From positions 5,064,778 through 5,128,777 of the forward strand of contig NC_134030.1 in assembly GCF_964204645.1 (NCBI RefSeq): a stretch of DNA of 64,000 nucleotides, in the 5' to 3' direction. This stretch comes from Tubulanus polymorphus (Eukaryota; Animalia; Nemertea). Positions 48,901 through 63,100 of the stretch are shown here, piece by piece; the first letter of the stretch is position 1; every line of letters begins with the position of its first letter. The notes beneath the pieces are model-generated. The model worked only from the letters and a program-made list of their open reading frames with translations, did no database searches and was not told where the DNA came from. Made by a program: the position numbers and the translations under genes.

Positions 48901-50380
48901 ATTTCAAAGATTTTTTGGACAGACTTTGATTTTCCATGCTCCTCCTCAACGCCGTATCTGGTTGGTCTTTAATTCTACTGAGTCTACTAAAGTTTGTTGT
49001 AGATATTATACGATACCTTACATTTTGAGTCCAATTTTTTCTTTATAACCTATTAACCTTTCACCTGTAATTTAACTAGAGACATAATTTTATTCTAGGA
49101 TTTACTAATACCGTAATTTACCTTTAATCTGGTGAGTGGAAATGATGTGTTAAACCTTGATTATTGATAATTGGTTCCCGTAATCTTATATATAATTGAA
49201 TCGCATTACTTTCAATACTGCAATCATTTTAACAGAAAAAAAATAAGAAAAAAATTCTAAATTGAAAAATCAGAAAAAAAAGGTACCAGTTCATCGTTTG
49301 ATTGAATTTTAATTTTCAACGTCCTTTGCATTTTGTGAATGCAGAGCCGTCGGAACTTTTTTGCTTAACAAAAATTTTCTATGCATTTTTCAAAAGCACG
49401 CTGTACCGCCGAGCAGCTCGTCGTTTTCTGTACTAGGTGGTTGGCCTCAACTCTTCTCATGCTTCTGTGAATGAGACCGTGAAATGGGGGATCCTTCAGA
49501 AATAAGCCTCACCTCTGAAAAATTCCTTCCGACGGCCCTGCAATGTATATAATTAGTCCTAATGAGCAGCTTACTTTATCGGCCCCAAATTATAAACAGT
49601 ACCAGGGGCCAGTACTTAAGATTTTACCAGTGGATAGTTGACATAGTGACAGTTAAAAGTTTGTTGTTACATGGTATTCATTGGCCAGTTATCTTTAACT
49701 CACTTTTGAGCAACTGGCCCCATGGTGCTGTTATTCATTTTGTGTCCAACCCGCGATTGTAAGCCGACTCATGCAGTACATTGATCATTATTACCAGTGT
49801 TTCCCTGCATTTTCCTGTGTCAGATTCTTTAATTGTTCAAGAGTTGTTTTTGTTGTCGTTTTCTTGGGTGTTTGCATTTTTTTTATCATTTTGTGTTGAA
49901 TACTTTTTAATTGTCATCGAGGACCCTCTATGAACGAACTTAAGAAATTCTCTTAAATTATCTTCCATGATTCGTGGAAGAAAATGTAATACTAGTAATG
50001 AGTTAGTTGGTGAAAGAAAGAGTAAGAATATGTTGGTAACATTAGTATTACATCAGGGTCCAGTTCCAGTGGTTTACAGTTAACTATGAGTTAAAGGCTG
50101 GAGTTTACTGGAATTTGAATTTTATTCATCATCTAAATATTTATTTACAGCTGAAGAAAAACCTGTTGAGGAAACTGAAGCATCAGGAGAGACTACAGCA
50201 TCAGCAACAGAGGGTGAACAACCCCCAGCAGAGACGCAAGAAGATGAACCCCAGCCTCCGGAAGATGCAGCAGCCGAAGACACTCCTCCAGCAGATAATC
50301 AAACTGAAGACGCACCTGTCGATGATGCACCTGCGGAACAAGCAGCAGATGCACCTGCTGCAGATCAGACTGAGGAATAA
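45933..50380 (+). CDS. RSPH1: Radial spoke head 1 homolog (MORN repeats plus acidic tail), 332 aa, 6 exons
   Basis: Exons 45933-45986, 46467-46686, 47300-47526, 48043-48114, 48510-48705, 50151-50380 (999 nt). [93 protein letters not shown]. Confidence 0.96.
49606..49720. mobile_element. Degenerate MITE, family A
   Basis: CAG|gggccagt ... ccagttatctttaactcacttttgagcaactggccc. Confidence 0.6.
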
Positions 50381-50868
50381 CGAATGCTATTTTACGAGTG
50401 GACTCAATTATTGTCCTCGCATACCAGGGCCTGATTTCTGTGGATTAACTCCTGGTATGTGAGGACGATTAGTGAACTTGGCACAGGGTGAATGAAACAT
50501 TTTTTGCGACTTATGAGATTTGAAGTGTTAGAATAAACACTCAATAGCAATAAATATCCGTCCGTACTTGAAAATTGTTAAATATTGAATATTGATTATT
50601 TATTGTTGTAATCCATATTGATTATGACGTGTAGTTTCTAATTCCAATTTTGTTTTATTCAACATTTACATAATTGGTGATAAATATAAGAACCATCCAT
50701 TTCTCCTGATGCTTCAGTTTCCATTATGATGTTATGTAAATTATTTTCATCGAAGATTTGTATTTTTATTAAAATTTATTGAAAATCGTCACACAAATTT
50801 CAGTCTTAAAGCGTTGATTTATTTTCAGAAATTCTCTTCAAATTGGTTCTCGTTGTAGTTATTGGCCT

Positions 50869-51850
50869 TCAATTGTTGTGCTTCTTATTCATGTGTCTTC
50901 TATTCCACCGGTTGTTGCTAGTGCACTCGATGTTTGCTACAGGATCCAGATAACCGTGACACCTGAAGTTAGAACAGAAATGGATATTGCCACCACGATG
51001 ACCGAGGACAAGATAAAACAACAGTGGGGAATATTAAAAGCCACGATTTAATTTTTTCTCGGAAAATACTCTCATAAGTTTGAACCTTAACAGAATACCG
51101 ACAAGTCTTCAATAAGCTTACTCGAAACAATTAAAGGCGGGCGTAGGTCGGGCTTGCGACGGCTTGCGACTGCCAGCGACGATCGCGTCGCAACGACTCA
51201 CCGACATACGCTACCTTGCGACTGCCAGCGACGGGTTGCGACTGCCAGCGACGCCAGTCGCAATGAGTCGCACATGTTCTACTTTTGCGACGCGACGCGA
51301 CCGTCGCAACCGACCTGCGTGCTATTGCGACTGGCAGTAACTAGTCGCACACAGTCGCTGACAACCGCATCGCAACCGACTTGCGCGGCCACTCGTGACG
51401 CAACGCGACGATCGCGTCGCGTCGCAAGGCCGACCTACGCCCGGCTTAAGCGCGAAAAACAGATTTTCTTTCGTAGATTAGGCTACTTTTTCTTATTCGT
51501 GTTATATGTGAAGCTTACTTGCAGAAGTCTTGTGAACAGATCCGGTACGGCATTGCCGAACATCTTTTCATCGGATCGTTGGACAGATACGAACCCTTTA
51601 CAAGACACGGTTTGTTCTTTTTGATCATGCACATCTCCAGACAAACGTTTGGTCTGTCGCTGTCCAGTTGTTTGCAATCATCGTTTGTCGTACAAGGCGG
51701 ACAGTTCTTCGGTATTCTGATGGTCAGGTTATATTTGACGTATTCCTGGTTAGGGTCGATAGGAAGCCTATATTCGGGCTGCATCGACGAGATGGACTCG
51801 TGTTGTGCAAACGACATTAATACGACGAAAAATGTGTGAGCAGTCCCCAT
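50869..51850 (-). CDS. Orphan small cysteine-rich, probably secreted protein, 141 aa, 2 coding exons
   Basis: Exons 51850-51519 (ends at GTAAGC donor) and 50962-50869 (TTCAG acceptor, in frame). Hydrophobic N-terminus MGTAHTFFVVLMSFA; 11 Cys ending in C-x4-C-K-C..C; in-frame stop upstream of the ATG. Confidence 0.7.
51135..51446. mobile_element. GC-rich PIF/Harbinger MITE with TAA TSD in the intron of the Cys-rich gene
   Basis: TAA|aggcgggcgtaggtcgggcttgcgacg ... cgtcgcaaggccgacctacgcccggct|TAA; internal (t)gcgac/gtcgc subrepeats. Confidence 0.9.
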
Positions 51851-52397
51851 AGTGCACTAAGATTTCTAAAAATTACAATTACAATGATAATTCCGTTAAA
51901 GTTTCACCCAGTTGTTTTCAGTCAGTAGACGCCCGACTGCTGAAAATATATATCGTCACGAATTTCTAAAAGTTTTATATGTGCAGCGCTACCCCCAGAA
52001 GAGAGAAAGAAATCCTACCTTCAAACTCTAATCACAAAAAAACTAATGATTTCTTTCTTTGCAGCGTGTTTTATTATAGCTACCGTTGCGCGGCAGGTGC
52101 AGTTATTGCCATTAAACTGAACATCTTTTATTTCATTAATCGTCTCGGATTAATCAAAGATTCAGAAATATTACCGGAAAACTTATCGCCAGAATCATTC
52201 ACTAAGCAGTATAGTGCAAGAAAATGATTGCTTTTTTTCTTGATATTTTATGGCTTGTTGCATGACACATAAACATGAAATAATTGTGTTGGATTATTGT
52301 GCAATACAGATACACATAAGAAATAGTTAATTTGGTCACGTTGTTATTGAAAATTGACAGCTCCTATCATCTGGGAAGAGGTGGATTTTTTCACGAA

Positions 52398-53366
52398 TTA
52401 GATTCTATTTTCGATATTTTCTGACTTCCTATTGTGTTTGAATATCGAACTGCGGAATTGTTTGGAGCTGAGCATGTAAAGGAAGAAATTGATTGCTGAA
52501 TTAAGGCACATCAGTGCTCTAGCCGCCCAATAGAGGGCGTTCAGTGTGATCGCGTCGGCTCCTGATTGGTGGATGTCCCTGAGAAGTCGATGAAGCACGA
52601 CGGGTATGTGTAAAAGTAAGAACACAACAGAAACTACAACTAACATGACGGTTAGGGATGTACCACCCGAGGAGGAGCTCGTGCTGCCTTGCGGACCTTG
52701 CAAAAGTTTTCTCTGCTGAGCAGATGAAATGAGACCGAACACGATAATTACGTTGCACACGAGTATCACCAGAAATGGCACCCAAACCTGCAACGCGATT
52801 TGAATATTTGCCGTAATCACTCGAACACTTCCGACCAAAATCGAATCGCAGTCCTTTCCCGTAGAATTAATGAACATCTGGATCGGGATGGTTCGGTAAA
52901 TGCTGAAACCGATCACAACAAAAACGAGGATGACCAGGCACAGTTTAGCCTTATATGTCGTGCATATCGACTTGGCTCGCAGCGGAAACGTTACGACAAT
53001 TACACGATCAAGACTCATCAATGCCAACGTATTATTAGACAGCAAGGGGGTCACATTGACGAGAAATACGTAAAACTGACAGAACGCATCTCCGACGACT
53101 ACTTCTTGAAATACTATCCGCACAAACAGCACCGGTAAAAATAGCGTTATTACGAAAACGTCAAAGATTTCCAACGCTATCATGTAAACGCCAGTAGACG
53201 TTCTCGTATAGCGGGGCTGCACGAGAACCTTCAACGCCAAAATATTACCGACCGTTCCGACGACGAACGTGAATGGCATGACGACGTACGTCACCGTGTT
53301 CACCAAGTAACTGACCCAAAACGCTGCGTCGCCGTCATCCTCTCTATCGCTCGAGTTATGTTGCAT
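52398..53366 (-). CDS. Intronless class A (rhodopsin-like) GPCR, FMRFamide/sex-peptide-receptor-like orphan, 322 aa
   Basis: Seven hydrophobic segments; GN in TM1 (GTVGNIL), D in TM2, C at the top of TM3, DRV..VTFPL, WVPF in TM5, HIP in TM6, NSAINFFLY..SKQFR in TM7/helix 8. Confidence 0.92.
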   Translation of the reverse strand: MQHNSSDREDDGDAAFWVSYLVNTVTYVVMPFTFVVGTVGNILALKVLVQPRYTRTSTGVYMIALEIFDVFVITLFLPVLFVRIVFQEVVVGDAFCQFYVFLVNVTPLLSNNTLALMSLDRVIVVTFPLRAKSICTTYKAKLCLVILVFVVIGFSIYRTIPIQMFINSTGKDCDSILVGSVRVITANIQIALQVWVPFLVILVCNVIIVFGLISSAQQRKLLQGPQGSTSSSSGGTSLTVMLVVVSVVFLLLHIPVVLHRLLRDIHQSGADAITLNALYWAARALMCLNSAINFFLYMLSSKQFRSSIFKHNRKSENIENRI

Positions 53367-56300
53367 CGCGTGATGTGGACTATCAACTCGTTGCGCATCG
53401 GTTTACGAATTCTAAAAATTGCATCTAATTGAGAGAAAACCATATTCAAAGAAGACTAGCATCCAATTATAATTACGTGGTATCTGTCATTAATTAATTT
53501 GCGAATGATTACGCCAACGATCTAGGAGATATATCGATCTCGCGTTTCGCCCAGAGCGATCTAACAAAATAAAGCTTGGCTTTCCGTAACTTTATTGTTT
53601 ACAAAATGACTAATCTCATGGATTCGTTTGAATTCCAATCGATTGATCGGACGATATGTTTTATTTTTCAGTCCATCGGAGGTTCTTAAATTTGCCGATA
53701 ATTGTTTTGAGATAAGGTATTGGCGAGTTTGTTATTAATTTCAAAAGGAACTATATCTCTCTGATTTCTGTAGATTATTATTCAACGTTGTGCTCGTCTT
53801 ATCTTCGTCGAATTCATGCGTCTTTATATCCTTTGTTTTTCCGACTTTCGAAGATAAATATCTCCAGTGCAATAAACGCGCCCGGAGCGTTTTCTGATAG
53901 TTTATTGGACTTAGAGATAAACATGATCTAATAACAACAGTCGGTTCTTCGTCTCTGCAGAAATCGACTTAAGCGCAATAATTGACCGGCCGGTTACGCC
54001 CCCTGGGACAGGGATAAACGACTAATCCCCAATAATAGAAAATAATGAAGTTTGGGATAGTTGAGCTCTTATGATATTGAGCTGGGGATTAGTAGACAAC
54101 GCTTTATGAAATCGACTGGTGTATGATTGCTGTAATATAACGCGTTGTCTCGCGCGGTATAGCCGGTTTTTATAAAACGGTGGTACACGCGTTTGTTAGA
54201 ACGGCACCGAGCGGTCAATTCAGAGCCGCATCTAGCATATTTTATAGGGCTTTGTTTCGTTTATTTTTTATACAACCTACTCACGGAAAAAAGCTTTTGA
54301 TGTGCTATAGGACCTAAGTAAATCTTAAGGAAATATATCAGCTTATTTTATTAGTTTCATAAGGTTTTAGCTAAAAGAAGACGGTGTTTTAGTTTAGGCT
54401 ATCGAAAGAAAATCATCTTTAAGATCTGCCTTTTTGATAGGAAAGTGCCCCTTTTCACGGTAAAAAGTAGTTAGTTACCTAATCGTGGGTGGTAAGCTTT
54501 TTATAGTCGGATGGGCTTAAACCAATGTGGTTTGTGAAAATATCCGATCGTGAAACTAAACCACAGACAGGTTACTGACTAGGTAAAAAGTAGCCTTTCC
54601 TTGATATAGAACTACCCATCAAAACAGCCCAACACGGGCCTGTGCTTGAATGAAACATTGCGGCGTTGTAACGTTGTCTCCATACAGTCAATAACAACAT
54701 CCTTTTGAGCAACTGACCCCTGCAGATTGAAATTCATATCGATATGTCCGAAACCTATAGATGAAGAAACATGCTGTGCACCGTATTTTGGATGATAGAT
54801 TAGTTTTAGTTTTGTTATAAATGAAAACTGAAATATTTTGATTTAAAACATTTTATTCACAAATGCATTAAATATATATAAATGTATATATATATATATA
54901 TAATAGTTTCATCGCGCATCTCTTATTGTCATATTTTCCATTAACTAATTTACGCCTTAAACATTTTTCTCGCACTATTTTAGAAAAGATTAAGCCCGCA
55001 GGTAAAATCGTTAATAAAATTTATGCTTCGCGTGCCGGCGTAAGAGCCATTACAGCTGCGCCGTCTTTCGGATTCGGTCGATACTACACGATCGATAGCA
55101 TACCATTGAGACAGTGAATAGAGAGGTTTTATACCGTTTTTAAATGCAATCAAGATGTTTTAATCATGAGATTGCACTTTTTACCTTTTGCTTTCTATAT
55201 TTGGTTTCAATATTTTTCTTTCTTTTAGATTTTATCTTTATGTCATTGAATATGAAACACCGATTAGGAGATTCAACAAATTTCATACAAAATGCATTTG
55301 ACCTATGAGCTGATCAATCTTAAATTGAATTGAATTGAAACATTTTTTAGCACCCTTGTGGACTATCATGAGGGTAAAAGCGTTTCAGAATCATAAACTT
55401 ATTCACCCTTTGGCTTTGTAACGCATAATTCGATGAATCAGGCACTTGAAGGACTTCCTGTCATGACTTTAATTCTTTCTACTATTATAGGGAAAATGCG
55501 TCTCTCGCTTAAAGCGCTCAGAAGAAGGAAATTACAGAGTGGTTTGTGGCGTCATTTGTATCTGCCAATTACGTATCATTGTCAAATCGCGGCTGGCTGT
55601 GAGCAAATTTACTGCCGGAGTCGCAATTGTTACATTAACTTCGCGTCAGTTTGATAAATAAACAGATATCTGACAATTGCGGAAAATATGCGACATAATC
55701 CGCGCCTTAAAGAGCTTTATCGTTCGAACAAATCGCAGTTAATATCGATTGACGTTTAATTATACGCGGAATAATCGTCGGGAATCGCTAGTCGATCGCA
55801 GACGAACATCGAATGTCGTTCGGACGAATATCGATTGTCGCTCAATTACAGCAAAATGATCGTCAAACCGGCTCAGATGATATCCCTGATAGGGCGGCGC
55901 GCAGTTACCATCGCTAGACACTGCGCGAAAAAATACATTTGTTCATCATGTCAAAAAACCTACATATTATATATCGATTGAATTAAATCAAATTTTCAGG
56001 GTCATATGTATGAGTGTGTTTTAAGTACATCAATTGAATATCTTATCCGGTAGATGTAAAGAAGTGGGCGCAGCTTACTGGTCCAACTACTGATGTTGTA
56101 GACAAAAGATCTCCTTCCGTTGTAATAGGTTTTTGTTTAATTAACTGTAGACCGGGTGTTCAATAGTTATGCCGTTAATAGTCGACATTTGGCCTATTAT
56201 CATTTCTCGAGATAAACTGGTAATAGCCTCGCGAGTTTCTGCGAGATTGACTCCGTCGTATCAACCAATCAGAAACGGCGTTATCGCCTTCTCATCTATA

Positions 56301-57104
56301 AGTCATTTGCTTTTATACCATGTCATAACAACATCGATCAAAATTTATCAAGATCTTCCGCCGTATACGCCGGTCCACAGAGCCCCCCATCATGACACGC
56401 AATCACAAAATTATCGCGAGTTTTACTCGTTCAATTTATCCCCGGCTCTGATTGTATCGCAAGTCTCGCCAAACGACGAGAGAAAATGAGAAACGAAATT
56501 CCTCCGCGTCTTGCCATATAGTGAATAAATATGTCACACGGCGACAGTGATAAATTCTCCCGAATCACAGCAAAAATCGCGCGGCCACTAAGGGCGTCCC
56601 CGCCTGCCAGAGTAGATTCTTGTCGGTGGCTGTTCGGCTGTTGGTTTATCATAACGAACCAACGATGCATCCACGGTGATCCTACTGTGTCAGGTAGATA
56701 TTTCGTAGACGTGAAGTGCTAGAAAAGAATATTTCGATCATTTTGATGCAAACCCCGAGAGAACAAAAGGTCACTGGTTTTTGATGATGTACTCGATCAG
56801 CGAAGTAGGCTCACAGATTCTGACGGTTGAACATAAGGATTTTTAGTATACCACCAGGGCAACGTTCAATGTGCACCCTCATGGGAGCCCGGGGACAAAA
56901 CCATAGTCTTTCTATTACTGGGGGTTTAATTCGTCTTTGTTCGTCGTGTAAAAATAAGATAATTCCGTTTTGAGGGAATAAATCTATTTAGTTTGCGTGA
57001 ATCTGCGGAGTACGAATTACCGGCTAATTTTACGATCGGCATTTTTACGACCGTTTTACGAGTTCGTTGTTCGGGTTTGTTCGGGCGCGAGCATCGCCGA
57101 GCTG

Positions 57105-57121
57105 GAGAGAGAGAGAGAGAG
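57105..57121. repeat. (GA)n microsatellite / GAGA element
   Basis: gagagagagagagagag in a CpG-rich context; a (CT)n tract also occurs near 58947. Confidence 0.7.
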
Positions 57122-60100
57122 GACTCGCTGGTTCAGCGATATAACTAATTTCTCCGGGTATACCAAAATTGTAACGCAGTCAACAAGATGATAGGTTTGA
57201 AATATAGCAGAGATGAAAACGAATTTTCATTCTGAGTCGAAGGAAAATAGAATTCGAACCTTCATATCTAAGTAATGCAATTTGAAGCGATGTTTTATTG
57301 CGTTTGAGTTCGCCAGTTATTCGCGGGAAATTCTGCGATGTATCAGTGATTTTTATTACTGCGCGTAGGTGTCGTCCTAATCGGTCATGGATACCGCTCA
57401 TTTGCCGCATTAGACGATTTATTGCCCCCTTGTTGTTTGTGAGTTCGTTTGATTTCGTGATTTATCCGGACCGGTTCTGATAGGGATCGAGACATTTTCT
57501 CTATGATCGTGTCTCGTTATGTCTCTATCAGTCGGAAACAGTCCAAATCACCGACTATTAAATGACCATAAACAACGTAAACATTGTCCAGTCTTATGTA
57601 ACGAGTCGGTACTAAATTAGCTCTCTTGTCCGTTCGTTTGGAGCAATTAGGTGGCAGTAAAGATCAGAGAAATTAGTTTATTACACTTTCATTAAGACTG
57701 GTTTCACCATCGACTCTAAAACGATCGTCTATGGTTTCAATAAATGAGCTTCGAATCTGCCAGGGCTTATAATGGTAACCCGGGACCCGGCTGCAGAAAA
57801 ACATACTATAAATAGTTTCGAATTCTAATTGTTCGATTTACTGTGAAAATATGACCTCTTATATTATGAGTTAGTTGAGTGTCATTTTTACTAAAATAGC
57901 CAGCCTACATAGGCTTACGAGACAAATAAGAAAAACGGGGAATTGTAAGTAACACAACCTGAAAGAGATTTTTTTTCCAGAAAAATCTTCGACATTTGAA
58001 AAAAATTACCTACAACGTTTTTAATAAAGGCTTTTGAAAATGGCTAAAAGCACGTTATAATCCTCCTTTAATTATTCGATGATTGTGTTTTTTTCAATTG
58101 AATTTAGACAGTTACTTCTTTGTGAAAACCAATTGATCAACAAAATGTGAACGTGAACGTATAGTATGTGAATAAATAGAATCAGTAGAATTTTGAAATT
58201 GCGAATTAACGTTTCCTCGTTGGGCGATGCGTGTGAGGTGGTCGTGAAGTCAGTTATCGTATTATTGGTCGGTGAGTTCTGTTCAAGAGACGACGCGAAA
58301 ATTAACCGTATAAACTATGCTATAAATATTAATGATTCACGGATAAACGCTAATAAACTGATCTGTAATTCTTAACCAACTTACGGCATGGTAATTCGGC
58401 ACATTGGCTTTGATGATTAACTATTTCTCAGCCACCTTCGCCGTACTATTTATGACCTTTGTCATCGAAAGGGATTTTCCAAGAAACATTGTCGGACATC
58501 CGGTGAAATTTCTGAAGTGAAATATTCTAAGTGTGGGAGTTAGTGTGTTTGTTTCCCGCGCTCAAAAAGTGTCGTTATTTTCTCGAAGAGAAATAATTAC
58601 TTTTTCGGTTGGTTTGCGTCAATTTCGACGACACCCGTCCATCGTCTCCAGGGTGCGAACCTACCATAAATCTATTTCTCTTAATCTTGATGGAATCTGC
58701 AAATCCCGGATAATGAAAACACTCCAGAATGCTGAGCTAAAACACTGATTTGAAGTGTTTGCTGACCAGATCGGTTTTATGGTCCATTTTGTATCTAATT
58801 ATGCAATGTAAACGGACACGTGTTCTGCGATTGTCATTATGATTTGACACAAGTTTTGATTGTCTAAAATTATATTTGGTCTGAGAACCGTGAATGAGCA
58901 GCAGTCACTTGTAAAATCGGACTTTCTGTATACAGATTAGCACGCGCTCTCTCTCGCTCTCGACCTGGCAGCAGGAGTGATGGTAGCAATAGTCGCTTTC
59001 AGGCGATGATATCTTTCCTATTGTCACAAATTGCGTATCATCTGTTTCCAAAATGTCTCCACAATTCAAGAATAACTAGAGTCGCATTCATGTTCTGTAG
59101 AACAAGAGAACTCATTGCTGGTCATGAAAGAACCAGGTAGCGATAACTGCGATATCCCGCTCGCCCTCATTACATCGATGAAATAGTTGCGGGCCAGTTT
59201 TTCACGTTGGTACAAAATCGAATGAAAAAATCGTATTCGCACAAAAATATAGCGCAGGGATGTTTGAAAAATAAAATATCACAACAAAATTTTCAAAAAA
59301 ATGTTCTTGTATTTAGTGCAATAAATGAGTGAAGCATTCAGCTAACGAGCCCTTAACAATGTCTTGTCCATTAGGTATAGATAATGCCGCTATATATCTA
59401 CATAGGTGGCCGGAATTTCTATGAATTCTATAAGCTTTAATCATATAGGCATCATATTTTTATGACACTGTTTTATAATGACCACTTCAACGACTGGGGT
59501 GATCGCGTACAAAATAGTAAGAAACAACGCCATGCCATAGGTCATTCGGTACATATAATGTCCAGGGTTTCGAAGGAGGAAGGCAAAGTATTTTTTTGGG
59601 AGTAACTCGACTGGATATATTCATCCGATGACCTGCAAAATAGCGATACAGGGCGAGATGACAAGGCATTTAAACCTGTAGCACATGTTTTGTTGAACCA
59701 ATTGCCCCAAAGCATTATACACAAAGTCCATCAGTTCAATATTTTGAGAAGAATTTGAAAACTAACTTTTAAGCACTGATTACAATTTGTTGGAGTGCGC
59801 TACATAAGAAAATTGAATTACCCGGTATCATTAACATTACTATCTACTTAAAAACCCGCAATAGACTCATGCGATCGTGTCCAAACTACTTCTGTTACTT
59901 GAGAATGGATCAATTTTGATTTAGAAAAAAACATGACAAAAGACTGAAAAAATTGATGTATAAATGTACAAGTATCATGTCGGCGAGTTTCTGTATGTGC
60001 GCGTCTTTCTCCGAGCGCCAGTGATCGTTACACAAGGGGGAGACTTCTCAGAGCCGTGAAGACTTCTCAGATGATTCTTTAATCTATTATTTACAAGGGC

Positions 60101-63100
60101 AGCTGATTACCGGTTAAGATTAATATTAACGAATAAGATCAATTTGATAATGACAATTAATACTGAGGTGGACACGAGTGAATAATTGAACGTCGTTACC
60201 AGGTAACCGCACCTATTAATTACGTACAGTCATTATTTGACTCGTATTCCCAGATGCAGTCATCACTTCTAATATCTGACACTATGGATGAAGTCAATAT
60301 TCAATCATTTGGTGAACTTTTTCTTCTGCTTGGTGCGCGAGCGCCGAAACTAAATCAAGTTTTATCAAAATTGATTATAAGTATCATGCCACCGCTAATC
60401 TTCAAATAAATGAATCGCATGTTTTTGTCTGTAATTAATTGATGGATGCTTGAAAGTTTTATCGTGAAGTTTGTTTTTGCGGCAATAAGGTTAAGATATT
60501 GTGTTGTATTGCTTTGTCCTAAACATCGGCGATGAAAGATAATGCCCACGATATATGGTGACCTCAGAAACTCTTTGGCATACTACGCTGAAACTAAATT
60601 ATTACCCAAATGCGTTCATTTTTGCTAGATTTCTAGTACTGAAACCGTCTTCGTTTTTAAAGACGAATCATAAAATTGCTTGCGTCGGTGATTTTGAATA
60701 TACGAGCCGGGTGGATTTCCGTAAAATTGATTCAGCTTTTGATGCATTTTCTTCGAATCGTTTGAATATAGAAGAACGGTTACACTGTAGATTTTGTTAG
60801 TGAATAATGAATGATGCATCCGTAATAAAATCTGACTTGTCATTATTAAGATGGCCATAATATAATCAGGGAGTGAAGAGGTGAGAAGGCAGGCGGCCAG
60901 TTCTGAGTAGTTTGAATCGTAAACGAAATTAATAATTGAGACGTTTTGGGTGTAATTTCTTTGATTGCATATTATCGAGGATGGAATGAGATCGAGAGCA
61001 CAGATGGGTATATCAGATATCAGTTATATAGACATAAGGCTAACTTTCTAATGAAAGTGAGAAATTCGCTTCATTATTTAGATATTCGTTGGATATAATG
61101 GTTAAAAGAAATGTTGGATATATTACAATCACGTGACGTGTGATTTTGCCTGCAGACGATATTAGTATAGCAGACGTCCATTGTTGACATCTGCTGACGT
61201 AAAAACGGTCGTTATTGTATTCGAATTCGCTTTATCGATTATTTAGCTTCACTTACATCATCGATATTTCCTTCGTCAAATTCTATTGTCAATGGTCAAT
61301 TTTTGCTCTTAATTGAATCTTCAATAATTACGTCCCGTCTTTATGTTATTGAAAGGCTTTTCTACAGGTGTCACAGTGAATCCTATAGGCGAAATAGACA
61401 CCCAAACTCACGACATTCATAATGAATCCTTAAAAGTAGTTTTACCAGCTCCTCCTCAATTAAAAGAATATAAAGGGTAGAATAGAAATACTGCCTGGGA
61501 TGATTGTGTGAGCGCACCAGTTGTTGACATTACTAGTATTTCTTAGTTTTTTTTAAATGATAGACTACATATAAGATACTTTTATGTAATAGCCATTCTT
61601 CCCTTGAGCCAAAAACCCTATGATCTTGCTTATTGTATTATTTGCTAAAGGTTTAACTTCAATATATTAGCCCTGCAAAACTAAGAAAATATTGAAAATT
61701 ATTCATAAACTAACTTCATTTCATTACAAAAACTAAGTCATATTTTGTCTTTTAGCCTCAAGAGAAGAAAACAATATTATATTGTGTAGTGTTGCTACGA
61801 GTAGTAAAATCAAAATACACACGTGAATTAAGGGCTTCGCTGAATTTTACCCACGAGAAAAGAATTCTTCAGAATTGTAGAATATTAATGACTTTAACAA
61901 ACGGTTGCAAAATGGTCATTATCTATGACCGATCAAAGGGACCGCGTTTTGTTTGTTTATATACACGGTGAAGGCAATTGGGTTCGTTTAAAAGGTGAAA
62001 TTACCAGTCTTACATTGAATGCTTGCTTAATTTCGAATCGGGATCATAATGAGATTTAAATCCCCAGGGCTGGCGGGTGTATCTATCACGTCGAGACGCG
62101 CTCCTCACTGGTCAATATAGTTATCTCTTGTTATAAATAGTAAATACACCCAGAATTAAATTTCACATCCTCATCTCAATTCTTGCCAATAAAAAGCTTT
62201 GTATACCCTTCAAAAGCCAGCCCACATACGCATGCGGCCTTGTATGGGTCCTCTTGGTATATCTGTAAGGGTGAAGCTCCCCCTTGAATAACAGATTTCC
62301 TTTTTTCAAGCTACGGTAACTCATAACTTCCCATAATCGTAAAGTAAGAATCGTCACAATTCAAAACAAACCATTTAGCACTGAATGACCTCCGATTTGG
62401 GACCGAAAATCTCAAAATGCACCGAATGAACCTGGCAATGTGAAAATTCCCCGAATCACATCAAAGTGCCGACAACTAATAACTTGTTTTGAAAACATTG
62501 GAACCGATGATCATTTGATATGCTCGTAAAAGAATGAAACAATTCAGTTTTTATGATCGCCCTGTTACTAAAAGACGTGGTGGGCCACCCGAGAATTCCT
62601 CATGGTGACCACCGGATCGTGCTAGCCGAATAAATCCAGCGTAAGGTACACATCACAACAGTGACCCAGGCGATGCAACATAAAACCATGAATATCGTGA
62701 TTATCTGAAATAATCAAATTCATTTCTACGATTTACCATTTTACACAGGATTATGCCTGCAAGAAGATATCGAACTGTTCTGCCCCTTCTTTTCGAGTCT
62801 GTTTTGTTCATATTCCATTATTATGTTAGAAAGAAACCGATAACTGAAATAAAGGTTGAACAGAAATCACGCTAGTGCTACTAAGCACATTTGAATATCT
62901 TACACACAATTTCTGGCTATTATTTATATATTTGTTGACTCGTGGCAAGATTTTCCCAAAGATTTATGATCGCGTTGACACTGCGAGAGAACAATACGAC
63001 ATATTCAACAAACAGTGATTATTACCTTTAATAACGAGTCGGTATTGATAATGTCAAAATACGCCAACCGTTTTATGTGCGCACCACAGAAAATATATTG

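Noticed and set aside
49340-49900. Alternative RSPH1 exons after acceptor-like sites near 49343 and 49823
   Set aside because: They give an immediate stop or a T-rich artefactual hydrophobic tail; no convincing donor.
51154-51624. 156-aa Arg/Ala/Thr-rich ORF on +
   Set aside because: Falls mostly within the GC-rich MITE and is antisense to the Cys-rich gene.
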